Assembly (NCBI GenBank): GCA_964591245.1
Contig: CAZPZZ010000002.1
Location: 2,896 to 66,895, forward strand
Source: an uncultured Vicinamibacteraceae bacterium
GTDB taxonomy: Bacteria > Acidobacteriota > Vicinamibacteria > Vicinamibacterales > UBA8438
Direction of reading: 5' to 3'
Length of the DNA: 64,000 bases
In this document: positions 54,848 through 64,000 of the stretch, piece after piece
Position numbering within the stretch: position 1 is the stretch's first letter
Layout of the letters: each line of letters opens with the position of its first letter
Notes under the pieces: model-generated
Seen by the model: only the letters and a program-made list of their open reading frames with translations
What the model was told of the DNA's origin: nothing
The model's database searches: none
Translations under genes and position numbers: made by a program

Positions 54848-56890
54848 CTAGCGGTAACTGGCTGTTACGATTCTTGCGACCTCAACCAGCGTGTCATTGA
54901 ACACGGCTCCGCCACCAAGGTCGGTCAAGTCATCAGGGACCAGGGCGTTCGCGGTGGCGCCGTTCAGTGTGCTCATGCGCCACAGTCCCTTGGGTAGACC
55001 GACAGTGCCAGGGCGCATGTCGGGGTTGCACCTCACCGGACAGTGCACCTCTCCAAGCTTGTTGAATACCCGCACTGTATCGTCGTTCGCCAGGCCTCGA
55101 GGTTCTGCGTCGCTAGGATGCATGTGTAGTCTGGCCGCCTGAGTGCGCAACTCACCGAGTGTCGAGTTGATGCTTTTCTCCGTGGCCGGAGAGATAAGGG
55201 TCAACGGATAATCCGGGTTTGTTACGCGTTCTTGATAGTGGTAGAGCGTTACGTCAGCGTCCTGTTCCAGCTCGATGGGAAACAGATGAACCTTCCGGTC
55301 TGGCGTCTGGGGAAAGACGTCGACGAATTGAATGGGTGTGCCCTCGGCGACACCAGTGGCAATGCCCTGGTCCATCAGGTCACGCTGCGCATTCTCGGGG
55401 AGGGTGGTCGTCAGTTCTAGGAGCGCCTCGACATCGCTGGTCGCCGTCTCGGTTCGAAGTCCGAGTCGGGTAGCCAGTTCGCCGAAGACCTCTACATTCG
55501 GTCTGGCATTGCCTACGGCCTCGATGACGGGACGGCCGAGTTGGAGACTGGTCAATCCGTAGCTTTGCACCACGTCGTAGGTCTCGAGAAATGTCGTTGC
55601 GGGGAGTACGACGTCGGCCAGGTTGGCGGTATCGGTCATGACCTGATCGAATACGACGGTGAAGAGGTCGTCCCGTGATAAGCCTTCGATCACGCGGTTC
55701 TGGTCTGGGATTGTGACGACAGGGTTTGAGTTGTAGACGAATAACATCTGGATCGGCGGATCTCGGTACTCAAGCAATGCGCGCCCGAGTTTGTTCATAT
55801 TCACGACCCGTGTCTCGGACTCGGAAACGCCGGCCTGACCGCCGAGGGTGGGGCGCCAGGCTCCGGACGTGGTCATTGAGAACCCCCCACCCCGTACCCC
55901 AAATTTTCCGGCCACGGCCGGTAGTGACAACACGGCGAGGGCAGCGTTCCCGCCGTTACGATTCCGCTCGAGTCCCCATCCACAGCGAATCACGGCCGGG
56001 GAAATCTCTGCGTACATTTCGGCGACGCTTTCGAGCAGTTCCGGATCTACGCCGGCGACCGCGGCCGCCCGGTCGATTGGCCAATGTTCGGCCTCTGCTT
56101 CCAGTCGATCTGCGCCGGTCGTATGCTCGGATAGAAATGCTTCGTCGACAATGCCGTGCTTAAAGAGAAAACGATGGATAGCGAGGGCGACGGCGACATC
56201 GGTGCCGGGTTTCACGGCCAGGTGGATGTCCGCGCGTCGAGCGAGATTCGTGCGGCGTGGGTCGACCACGATTACGGCGGCCCCGGCTTCCTGGGCTGCC
56301 TTGAGATGTGGTGTTAGGTGAATACTGGTGCTCGAAGAATTTGCACCCCAGATCACAATGAGCTTGGCGTGCCGGTAATCAGGATAGGTGATTCCCGGCA
56401 TTGTCCCATACAGTGCCTGGTGGGCGGAGTTTGTCGGTGCTGAACAGACGGTACGGGCCAGGCGAGAGGCGCCAAACCCGTGAAATAGCTGGGCGTCAGT
56501 GGTGTCTTGACTCAAGAGGCCGTTTGAACCTCCATACGAGAAGGGCAGGATCGCCTCGGCCCCGTGCGTATCACGGATTTCTTGCATCCGGCGGGTGATC
56601 GTGTTGAGCGCGTTGTCCCAACTCGTCGTTTCAAACTCACCCTTGCCGCGTGGCCCTGTGCGGATGAGTGGCTCCGTGACGCGTGCCTCCCCGTAGACCC
56701 GCTCGCCAAACCGGCGTACTGTGTTACAGATGTAGCCGTCGGTCACACCCTGCTTCTGCGACCCGGTGATCGAGGCGAGTTTTCCCTTCTCGACGGTTAC
56801 GGCGAGACTGCAGGCGTCTGGGCAATCAAGCGGGCAGACCGTGTCGACCGTCGAGCGGCCCCATTGGAGATCTTCTCCAGCGTCATCCAT
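54848..56890 (-). CDS. Molybdopterin (bis-MGD) oxidoreductase, cytoplasmic single-subunit type
   Basis: An N-terminal Fe-S motif is present: VCPLDCPDACSL...GYICN. Molybdopterin oxidoreductase core segments and a C-terminal MGD-binding beta-barrel are visible. There is no Tat motif and no adjacent partner subunit. The substrate is unknown. Confidence 0.8.
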   Translation of the reverse strand: MDDAGEDLQWGRSTVDTVCPLDCPDACSLAVTVEKGKLASITGSQKQGVTDGYICNTVRRFGERVYGEARVTEPLIRTGPRGKGEFETTSWDNALNTITRRMQEIRDTHGAEAILPFSYGGSNGLLSQDTTDAQLFHGFGASRLARTVCSAPTNSAHQALYGTMPGITYPDYRHAKLIVIWGANSSSTSIHLTPHLKAAQEAGAAVIVVDPRRTNLARRADIHLAVKPGTDVAVALAIHRFLFKHGIVDEAFLSEHTTGADRLEAEAEHWPIDRAAAVAGVDPELLESVAEMYAEISPAVIRCGWGLERNRNGGNAALAVLSLPAVAGKFGVRGGGFSMTTSGAWRPTLGGQAGVSESETRVVNMNKLGRALLEYRDPPIQMLFVYNSNPVVTIPDQNRVIEGLSRDDLFTVVFDQVMTDTANLADVVLPATTFLETYDVVQSYGLTSLQLGRPVIEAVGNARPNVEVFGELATRLGLRTETATSDVEALLELTTTLPENAQRDLMDQGIATGVAEGTPIQFVDVFPQTPDRKVHLFPIELEQDADVTLYHYQERVTNPDYPLTLISPATEKSINSTLGELRTQAARLHMHPSDAEPRGLANDDTVRVFNKLGEVHCPVRCNPDMRPGTVGLPKGLWRMSTLNGATANALVPDDLTDLGGGAVFNDTLVEVARIVTASYR

Positions 56891-57112
56891 ACAGGCAGTC
56901 TAACCAACCGGGTAGTGTGGTCCAAAATCTTCGTGTAGTTCTGGACTGGCAAGGGAGCTCTACGGTGCAGCCTTCGGGAGCATGCGTGTGCTTGGAGGGG
57001 GGGAGGGGCGTGTCACGCTATACCCCATCCCTGGCTTTCTGCGTGGGACTCCAGAGAGGGAATTTCATCGTTGGCACTGGACATTTTCGGAGGTTGACGA
57101 AAGACTGCTGGG

Positions 57113-58240
57113 ATGGGACGTCCGTCGCGTTGGCGTGATCGGATCGGGCTGGAGGGCAAGGCACGCAGTGGGCACCGCTGGCGTTGGTGGGGGGGCGGAA
57201 TTGTGGCGACGGCCCTGGTGCTGGCGTTCGCGCCCTTGCCACCAACGCTCGTCGAGTCTGTCTATGCGAATGGTTTCTATCACTTGGCGCGAACTGGTGG
57301 CATTGGGCTCTCTGCTCACACGGAGCTTGTACTCTATGACATCTTGCTATTCGGAGGGGGACTCGGCATCGTCGGCTGGTGGACATGGGGGCTCCTACGG
57401 GTTTTCCGGCATCGTCGTTTGCGCGGGACGGTAAGTCTGCTGGGGCGGACCATCGTGTTCGCCGCCGGTCTCTATCTCGTCTTTCTGGTGACCTGGGGAT
57501 TTAATTACCGCCGGGTGCCATTGGCATCGCGACTTGGCTACACCCACACCGATGTGACGCCTTCGGCAGTGACCGAATTGGCAGAGGTAGCGGTGAGGCA
57601 GCTTAATCGTCTGTACGACGAGACCCAGGCGGGACAATGGTCGCAATTAGACCAATTGCCTGAACGGCTCGGGCCGTCGTTCGAACGAGTCCAGCAGCGT
57701 CTTGGTGTTTTCTGGCCCGTGGCTGGACTGCAGCCGAGACGGTCGTTGTTGACGCCCTATTTTCGCCGGGCTGGCATTGATGGAATGTTCGACCCGTTTT
57801 CATTGCAGGTGTTGGTCAATGACTCGGTTTTGCCTTTCGAGCGACCATTCACGACGGCCCACGAATGGGCGCATGCAGCCGGGTTTGCGCATGAAGGTGA
57901 GGCGAATTTCGTTGCCTGGTTAATTTGTCTGGAAGGGGACGCGACGTCGCAATACAGCGGCTGGTCGTTCCTTGTCGCGCGATTGCTCACGGCCATTCCC
58001 TCGGAGGCGCGCGATTCAGTGGCTGGGGAGATCGGACCCGGACCACGCGCCGACTACGCCGCACTTCGGGCGCGACTCAACCGCGTCGTACCGTTCGTGC
58101 AGCGTGGCGCGCGCCGGTTGAACGATCGGTATCTCCGCGCGAACCATGTGGCGAATGGGATTTCTAGTTACGGGGAGGTTGTACGATTAGCCGTAGGTAC
58201 GGAACTCGGACGTGTGCAGTGGGCACGGGGGGAACCGTAA
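57113..58240 (+). CDS. DUF3810 domain-containing membrane protein (putative Zn-dependent protease-like)
   Basis: N-terminal TM helices are present. WGFNYRRVPL and TTAHEWAHAAGFAHEGEANFVAWL match the DUF3810 HExxH...E pattern as I recall it. Confidence 0.7.
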   Translation: MGRPSRWRDRIGLEGKARSGHRWRWWGGGIVATALVLAFAPLPPTLVESVYANGFYHLARTGGIGLSAHTELVLYDILLFGGGLGIVGWWTWGLLRVFRHRRLRGTVSLLGRTIVFAAGLYLVFLVTWGFNYRRVPLASRLGYTHTDVTPSAVTELAEVAVRQLNRLYDETQAGQWSQLDQLPERLGPSFERVQQRLGVFWPVAGLQPRRSLLTPYFRRAGIDGMFDPFSLQVLVNDSVLPFERPFTTAHEWAHAAGFAHEGEANFVAWLICLEGDATSQYSGWSFLVARLLTAIPSEARDSVAGEIGPGPRADYAALRARLNRVVPFVQRGARRLNDRYLRANHVANGISSYGEVVRLAVGTELGRVQWARGEP

Positions 58241-58311
58241 ATCAGGGCCTGGCACGTAAATTTACTTGGCCGCGAGGTGTCTGCCTGGCGCGTTGTCCGT
58301 GCGGACGGGGT

Positions 58312-58554
58312 ATGATGTCAGCCGCCTCGCGTGGGCGAGGGTCGAGCGAGATTGTTGTAGCTATGTTCAAGTTGATTCCAACGGTGCGTGGCGGGGCGGT
58401 CAATTCTCCGCTGGTTTATACGAAGTATGCCACTGTCGAAGAGGCACGGGACGCGATCAAGGCACTGACTCACGAGAATGCGAGAGTCACTCGTGTGATG
58501 ATCGTCGACGACGCGGCGGACTCGAAGTTCGTCGAGTGGGTCGAACGGTCGTAG
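58312..58554 (+). CDS. Small hypothetical protein
   Basis: The track ORF is 58219..58554. The part after the DUF3810 stop reads ...MFKLIPTVRGGAVNSPLVYTKYATVEEARDAIKALTHENARVTRVMIVDD... and looks protein-like. The start is ambiguous between ATG 58312 and 58363. Confidence 0.3.
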   Translation: MMSAASRGRGSSEIVVAMFKLIPTVRGGAVNSPLVYTKYATVEEARDAIKALTHENARVTRVMIVDDAADSKFVEWVERS

Positions 58555-58650
58555 TGCGTCTGTAGCCAGCGACGAGGTGTGACCTGAGGCCCTTGGTGGT
58601 CCAGCGGCTATCTTCGTGTGAATCTGACGGTGTCTCATCGCTCCTCGGAG

Positions 58651-59559
58651 CTAGCGTTCTAGCCCGAGGTTTTTGATGATCTGTCGCGGTGCGTGCGATT
58701 TGTTCAGTGAATAGAGGTGTAGGCCAGGGGCACCACCCTTGAGCAGCGCCTCGCATTGGCGCGTCGCATACTCGATACCGAAGGCTGTGACGGCCGATGC
58801 ATCGTCACCGAACGCTGTGAGCTTCGCCTGGAGTGGCTCGGGCAGCGTGGCGCCGCAGAGGCGGGTGAAGCGCATGATCTGAGCCGTGCTCAGAATGGGC
58901 AGCACGCCGGGGGTGATGGGCACGTCGGTACCGAGAGTTTCGACCATGTAGTCGCGAAACTCGAAATATGCGTCATTGTCGAAGAAAAGCTGCGTCAGCA
59001 CAAAGTCGGCTCCAGCGTCGATTTTGGCCTTCAGGCGCTGCCAGTCCACGTGCTTACCTTCTGTGCAATCGATGTGGCACTCGGGATAGCCTGCTGTGCC
59101 GATGGAAAAATCGCCCAGTTGGCGTATGAACGACACCAGCTGGTAGGAGTATTCGAACCCGCTCTCGAGTTGGGCAAGCTGATCCGCGTTCTGGGGCGGA
59201 TCACCGCGAAGGGCGAGGATGTTACGGATGCCCCGCTGTTGGGCTTCCCGAAGATAGCGCTCGATTTCGGCGTGAGGCGTGGCTAGGCACGTCAGGTGCG
59301 CCATGGCAGGAGTGTGTTGCTCGCGCTGGATTCGATCGGCGATCACGAGCGTCTGGTCCCGTGTACTCCCTCCAGCCCCGTAAGTGACTGAGAAATAATC
59401 TGGTTCGACGGCACGCAGCTCCGGTAGTGTCCGGCTGAAGAGTGTGTCTAGTCCGGCCGGTGTCTTCGGGGGGAAGAGTTCGATCGAGACGACGGCGCGC
59501 CCCTCCTCACGTCGTCGGGCGTAAATGTCTCGGATCAGAGCGGTCGACGGAGGGAGCAT
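58651..59559 (-). CDS. metF: Methylenetetrahydrofolate reductase
   Basis: VSIELFPPKT, FSVTYGAGGSTR, HLTC, NILALRGDPP, DFVLTQLFFD and GVLPI are MetF family segments. Confidence 0.9.
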   Translation of the reverse strand: MLPPSTALIRDIYARRREEGRAVVSIELFPPKTPAGLDTLFSRTLPELRAVEPDYFSVTYGAGGSTRDQTLVIADRIQREQHTPAMAHLTCLATPHAEIERYLREAQQRGIRNILALRGDPPQNADQLAQLESGFEYSYQLVSFIRQLGDFSIGTAGYPECHIDCTEGKHVDWQRLKAKIDAGADFVLTQLFFDNDAYFEFRDYMVETLGTDVPITPGVLPILSTAQIMRFTRLCGATLPEPLQAKLTAFGDDASAVTAFGIEYATRQCEALLKGGAPGLHLYSLNKSHAPRQIIKNLGLER

Positions 59560-59770
59560 GGCGTATTCGTCCGCCGCGTCGGCGGAGGGACTTCAGAGAG
59601 TACCATCAGCCTTCTAGGAGTGACAAGGTGGCAATGCGGTAGTGTGGTGGGACCAACCTTCGGACGTGGCAACATGTTTCGCGGTTGCGTCGCTCACGCG
59701 TAGCGCTTATAACAGCGGGCATCGGAGCTTTGCAAGAGGCCTTGAATAGGTCGTAGGGAGACGACGCCAG

Positions 59771-61762
59771 ATGAACACACCCGAAACGCAGAAGACGGGC
59801 TTCACGCCGTTTGTCCCTGATGATACGGATTTGCCGGAGCTGACGTTCAGGGCCGTGGGACTCGGCGTCCTGATGGCGATCGTGTTGGGTGCCGCCAACG
59901 CGTATCTTGGTATGCGCGCGGGACTTACGGTAGCGGCGACGTTCCCTGCGGCGGTGGTTGCCATGGCGGCGCTGCGAGCACTTGGCGGATCGGTGCTCGA
60001 GGAGAATATCTCGCGGACGACCGCCTCGGTTGGAGAGGCGCTTGTGGCGGGGGCGATCTTTACCATCCCGGCCTTTGTTATCAGCGGTGTGTGGGACGAG
60101 CTGCGGTACTGGGAGAGTACCGCCATCATGCTGGTGGGGGGCTTGCTCGGCGTCCTGTTCATCATTGTGCTCCGTCGTACGATGGTTGTCGAAGCGGATC
60201 TGCCCTTCCCCGAGAGTGTGGCTGCGGCTGAACTCGTAAAGGCGGGGCAAGGGGGCCAATCTGGCGCGAAGTACGTTTTTCAGGCAATGGGGATCGCCGC
60301 TGCCTGGGAGCTGATCAAGAACTCGAACGGCATTCAGTTCGTGTCCAGCTCGGCAACCGTATTCGTCAGCCTGGGACGGTCGACGATTGAAATGCTTGGC
60401 CAGCCGATTAGCTATGTCGGTGGGTTCATTCTGCAGTCACCGGCGGCATCGCCGGCGTTGGTAGGGGTTGGGTTCATTGTCGGTCCAGCTATTTCGGCGA
60501 CGTTGTTTGCTGGGGCCGTGCTTGGCTGGTTGCTCCTGGTGCCGTTAGGGCTCTTTTTGAACCCTGAGATGGCTGCGGAGGCCACCGACTCGTCGGCGCT
60601 GATCGCGCTCAGTACAGAGGTCTGGTTAAAACAGGTTCGCCCGCTCGCGGTTGGCACGATGATCGTCGCGGCCTTCTACACCCTCTTCAAATTGCGGACT
60701 TCGTTGGCCGAGGGGATTGGACGAGCGTTTTCAGACATTCAGAGCGCACGCAGTGGTGAGACCCATGTGATGCGTCGAGGATTGGATCTCGATTTTACGA
60801 AAGTTGGCTTTGGCATCGCCGGGCTGTCGGTGCCGCTGTTTGGCCTGTACTGGTTCTTTAGCGGAAGTTTGTGGGGAGCGCTGCTGCTGACCATTGTCAT
60901 GATTGTGCTCGGCTTTCTTTTTGCTGCCGTGGCCGGGTATCTGGTCGGGTTGCTGGGGAGTTCAAACAATCCAATCAGTGGGCTTACGCTCAGTACGCTG
61001 CTGATCGCGGCCATCCTCATGGTTGGGATTGGAGTTACCGGGAACGCTGGCATCCTTGGGGTGTTAGGCGTGGCTGGCGTGGTGTGCTGTGCGGCTGGTA
61101 TCGCCGGCGACATGTTGCAGGACCTGAAGGTTGGCCACATTCTCGGGGGGACGCCCTGGAAGATGGAGATCGGGGAGATCATTGGTGTCATCATCGCCGC
61201 GCTTGTCCTCGTATGGCCGATGATCGCGATGGATCGTGTCTACGAAATTGGTAGCGCCGAGTTACCGGCTCCCCAGGCGGGCCTGATGGCATTGATGGCT
61301 CGAGGTATCGTGGGCGGCGAAATGGCCTGGCCCTTGGTTGTCACGGGCATGTTCTTGGCCGTCGGCCTCATCTTGATCAATTCACCGTCTCCCATGCTTA
61401 TCGCTGTCGGGATGTATCTCCCCTTTGCTTCGACGTCGGCGATGTGTGTCGGTGGGTTAATTGCCTGGCTGCTGTCGCGTTCTTTGACCCAGAAGAGTGC
61501 GAGCGAGGAAGCGGTGACCAGAGCGACGAATACCGGTGTCCTGCTCTCATCCGGTTTTATCGCCGGTGAAGCGTTGATGGCGGTGTTGCTGGCCTTCCTG
61601 GTCCTGGGGGGAAGTGCCGTTGGGGTTGAGCAAGTTTTACCGTCGTTCGCTCAAAGTACGCTCTTGGGCGCTTTTATATTCGGGGTTCTCTACTACCTGC
61701 TTGTTAAGGTGCCGCTCCGCGAGAGTGAAGAAGTGGGGACGTCGGACTCTGCATCGTCATGA
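59771..61762 (+). CDS. OPT-family oligopeptide transporter
   Basis: LTFRAVGLGVLMAIVLGAANAYLGMRAGLTV, PFPESVAAAELVKAG and MLQDLKVGHILGGTPWKM are OPT superfamily signatures. The protein is polytopic over about 663 aa. Confidence 0.9.
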   Translation: MNTPETQKTGFTPFVPDDTDLPELTFRAVGLGVLMAIVLGAANAYLGMRAGLTVAATFPAAVVAMAALRALGGSVLEENISRTTASVGEALVAGAIFTIPAFVISGVWDELRYWESTAIMLVGGLLGVLFIIVLRRTMVVEADLPFPESVAAAELVKAGQGGQSGAKYVFQAMGIAAAWELIKNSNGIQFVSSSATVFVSLGRSTIEMLGQPISYVGGFILQSPAASPALVGVGFIVGPAISATLFAGAVLGWLLLVPLGLFLNPEMAAEATDSSALIALSTEVWLKQVRPLAVGTMIVAAFYTLFKLRTSLAEGIGRAFSDIQSARSGETHVMRRGLDLDFTKVGFGIAGLSVPLFGLYWFFSGSLWGALLLTIVMIVLGFLFAAVAGYLVGLLGSSNNPISGLTLSTLLIAAILMVGIGVTGNAGILGVLGVAGVVCCAAGIAGDMLQDLKVGHILGGTPWKMEIGEIIGVIIAALVLVWPMIAMDRVYEIGSAELPAPQAGLMALMARGIVGGEMAWPLVVTGMFLAVGLILINSPSPMLIAVGMYLPFASTSAMCVGGLIAWLLSRSLTQKSASEEAVTRATNTGVLLSSGFIAGEALMAVLLAFLVLGGSAVGVEQVLPSFAQSTLLGAFIFGVLYYLLVKVPLRESEEVGTSDSASS

Positions 61763-62145
61763 CATCCTTGTCGATGGTCAGGCCTCGTCGGTTACTGGAC
61801 TGGCGGGAGGAGTCCGGACGGTGTGTGCTTCTCAGGCCACGGCTGGGTACGGGTCGTTTTGGGCGGAAGATCGCCAGATGCCTGGGTGATCCGTATTACC
61901 GCATTCGCCTGGACGAGGTGGGTACGGTGGTGTGGAAGGCATGCGATGGCCACACGTCATTAGCGGACATCGCGATGCGGATGCGGCACTGTTTCGGTGA
62001 ACGCGTGGAACCGGTAGACGAGCGACTGGGGCAGTTTGTCCGGAAGATGCTTAAGGGGCGGATGTTGACTGTCGATGCTGACCAGGAGGCGCCGGAAGGT
62101 CGGTCTACCTCGGTGGGCGTAGCGTCAGTACGTGTGAATAAGTGA
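61759..62145 (+). CDS. PqqD-family (RiPP-recognition-element-like) protein
   Basis: RIRLDEVGTVVWKACDGHTSLADIAMRMRHCFGERVEPVDERLGQFVRKMLKGRML fits the PqqD winged-helix pattern (LNE.G..IW.LcDG.rt..EI...L...y....e....Dv..FL..L). The ATG overlaps the OPT stop as ATGA at 61759-61762. Confidence 0.65.
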   Translation: MTSLSMVRPRRLLDWREESGRCVLLRPRLGTGRFGRKIARCLGDPYYRIRLDEVGTVVWKACDGHTSLADIAMRMRHCFGERVEPVDERLGQFVRKMLKGRMLTVDADQEAPEGRSTSVGVASVRVNK

Positions 62146-62222
62146 GGTCGATCCGGCACTGGAAATCGCACGTCTCGTGCCGCCGATGTCGTTGCGCATT
62201 GCCCGACGGGTCTTGGGAGGCG

Positions 62223-63971
62223 TTATCGTGGACGATAAAGGTTGGTGATTGGCAACCGTCGATCGCGTCCAAAGGCTCGGGCTGAGATGCGGACGCCAGG
62301 CGGGGCCTGACGACGTTTGTATTCTGCACGATCGACCAGCTGGACTACTTGTTCGACGAGGGCGGGATCGTGTCCAGCCCGAACGAGTTCGGTGGGACTG
62401 CGGTCTTCTTCCACGTAGGCTTCGAGTGCAGCATCGAGTGCGTCGTAAGGCGGTAAACTGTCACTGTCGAGTTGGTTTTCACGCAATTCGGCGGTGGGGG
62501 GTTTCTCGATGATTCTGCCGGGAATGAGTTCCACGTCCCGGTTGCGCCAACGAGCAAGTCGGTATACCCAGGTTTTGAGTACGTCCTTCAGAACGGCAAA
62601 TCCCCCGGCCATGTCGCCATAGAGTGTCGCGTAGCCGACGCTCATCTCGCTCTTGTTTCCAGTGGTCAGCACCAGCCAGCCGAATTTGTTCGAGAGAGCC
62701 ATCAGAAGATTCCCACGGATGCGAGCTTGGAGATTCTCTTCGGCGACGTCGCGGGTGGTGTCCTTGAAGGGCCGGGCCAAAGCGTGGTCGTAGTCGGTGA
62801 CCAATTTCGCGATGGGCAGTTCAAGCAGTTCGACGCCCAATCGCTCTGCCAGTTCTGCGGCATCTTCGCGGCTGTGGTCGGTGGTGAATCGCGATGGCAT
62901 GGAGACGGCCGTGACGGCACCCGGGCCGAGGGCATCGGCGGCTATGGTCAGTGCCAGCGCTGAATCGATACCTCCTGAAAGTCCGAGCACGGCATGGGTG
63001 AATCCGTTCTTTCGGAAATAGTCAGAGGTTCCGAGCGCTAAAGCGCCATAGGTCTCCGCTTCCGGAGTAAGCAGCGGAGGAATGTGCGTGGGTGTCGGCG
63101 TACGTCTTTCCTGTGGCTGGTGGGCAACGCAAACAGTGTGCACACGATCGGTCGCGTTCCGCGTCTGTCGCCAACGAGGGTCATGCAGTCGTCGTCGGAG
63201 GGCGGTCACCGGGTCAATGTCGACGACGACGAGGTCTTCCTTGAATTGTGCACCTCGAGCCAACAGCTGGCCGGCGGGATCGACAACGAGGCTATGACCG
63301 TCGAAGACGAGCTCGTCTTGCCCGCCCACGGCGTTGCAGAACGCGACGAAGCACGCGTAGTCTGCGGCGCGTTGCGCCAGCATCCGTTCACGTTCGACGC
63401 CCTTGCTCCGGTGATATGGCGATCCCGAGAGGTTGACAATTAACTCGGCACCGCCGTCGACTGCGGCCCATTGGCCCGGTCCTCCGGGGTACCAGAGGTC
63501 TTCGCAGATCGTTACTCCGACCCGAATACCCGCGATGTCGAGGACGAGTGCCTGCTCGCCGCGCGCGAAGTACCGCTGCTCATCGAAAATGGCGTAATTG
63601 GGAAGGAAATGCTTACGATACGTCGCCACGACGTCGCCGTTGGCGAGCACCGCCGCCGCGTTGTGGAGGTCATCGGTGAAGGAGGGTACTCCGATAACGG
63701 CGACCGTATCGGTCACGCGGCGTGCGAGGTCACGGAGCCCTGTGTCGGCGGCGGCCGCGAACCGAGGGTTCAGCAGAAGATCCTCGGGGGGATATCCCGT
63801 GGCCGCGAGCTCGGGGAATATTGCCAGATCGGCGCCCTTATCCGAGGCGTGCTCCAGCAACGTTGCGATTCTGGCTAGGTTCCCGTCGAGATCACCAACG
63901 GGGAGGTTACATTGGCACAAGGCGAGCCGTAGGTGGGGCTGCGCCGTGTCGGAAAGAGGAGTACTGGGCAC
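62223..63971 (-). CDS. nadE: Glutamine-dependent NAD+ synthetase (nitrilase domain plus NAD synthetase domain)
   Basis: The N-terminal CN-hydrolase domain carries LRLALCQCN, FPELAATGYPPED and VTICEDLW. The C-terminal domain carries VLGLSGGIDSALALTIA (the SGGxDS PP-loop). Confidence 0.9.
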   Translation of the reverse strand: MPSTPLSDTAQPHLRLALCQCNLPVGDLDGNLARIATLLEHASDKGADLAIFPELAATGYPPEDLLLNPRFAAAADTGLRDLARRVTDTVAVIGVPSFTDDLHNAAAVLANGDVVATYRKHFLPNYAIFDEQRYFARGEQALVLDIAGIRVGVTICEDLWYPGGPGQWAAVDGGAELIVNLSGSPYHRSKGVERERMLAQRAADYACFVAFCNAVGGQDELVFDGHSLVVDPAGQLLARGAQFKEDLVVVDIDPVTALRRRLHDPRWRQTRNATDRVHTVCVAHQPQERRTPTPTHIPPLLTPEAETYGALALGTSDYFRKNGFTHAVLGLSGGIDSALALTIAADALGPGAVTAVSMPSRFTTDHSREDAAELAERLGVELLELPIAKLVTDYDHALARPFKDTTRDVAEENLQARIRGNLLMALSNKFGWLVLTTGNKSEMSVGYATLYGDMAGGFAVLKDVLKTWVYRLARWRNRDVELIPGRIIEKPPTAELRENQLDSDSLPPYDALDAALEAYVEEDRSPTELVRAGHDPALVEQVVQLVDRAEYKRRQAPPGVRISARAFGRDRRLPITNLYRPR

Positions 63972-64000
63972 GATGATGTCAGGATGAGTTGGCGTGTGCA

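Noticed and set aside
59560-59770. A possible SAM or SAH riboswitch in the 210-nt region upstream of metF.
   Set aside because: I could not identify the conserved cores of SAM-I, SAM-II/V or SAH elements by eye. Only a short UUGCAAAGCU-like string was seen, which is insufficient. It needs an Infernal/Rfam scan before any claim.
1-64000. CRISPR arrays, rRNA operons, transposases, integrases, phage genes, toxin-antitoxin pairs and known defence systems.
   Set aside because: I saw no regularly spaced direct repeats, no rRNA-like conserved stretches, and no ORF with transposase, integrase, reverse-transcriptase, nuclease-defence or TA hallmarks on reading through the track. This was a visual scan, not a computed repeat search.

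Overview
GC-rich, gene-dense bacterial chromosomal window. I call about 57 protein-coding genes, one frameshifted gene and one tRNA-Leu(CAG). The cell is probably diderm: there is an Omp85-type barrel protein, a PpiD-like chaperone and TolB-like PD40 repeats. I cannot assign a phylum from sequence alone.

Content is mostly housekeeping:
- Cell wall and envelope: a class A PBP, SppA, PpiD, and an elongasome cluster (GGDEF cyclase, mreB, mreC, mreD, mrdA, rodA) followed by an RNase E/G gene.
- Metabolism and tRNA modification: mtnA-tsaD-NUDIX, hbd-folE, lpdA/lipA, fdxA-nuoB-nuoI, metF, nadE.
- Transporters: NupC, DAACS, SSF, MFS and OPT families.

I saw no rRNA, CRISPR array, transposase, integrase, phage gene or recognisable defence or toxin-antitoxin module. 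I found no clear-cut novel system. The candidates below are modest and rest on domain architecture and gene order, not on any search.
1. A same-strand cluster of an M49-like Zn-peptidase, an atypical ChlI/MCM-like AAA+ ATPase, a VWA/MIDAS protein and a stand-alone Lon-N domain protein (31898-37159).
2. A 1040-aa outer-membrane chimera combining a gluzincin protease domain, PD40 repeats and an Omp85 barrel (43477-46599).
3. An exported TPR protein with two tandem retropepsin (DTG) domains (41766-43271).
4. An fdxA-nuoB-nuoI mini-operon with no other nuo genes nearby.
5. An OPT peptide transporter whose stop codon overlaps the start of an orphan PqqD/RRE-like protein.
6. A GAF-GGDEF cyclase whose stop codon overlaps the mreB start.
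7. A one-nucleotide frameshift splitting a YvcK/CofD-family gene.

Several long intergenic regions remain unexplained: 6482-6936, 28327-28706, 46600-47157 and 51144-51485. All family assignments come from motif recognition by eye. None was checked against a database.
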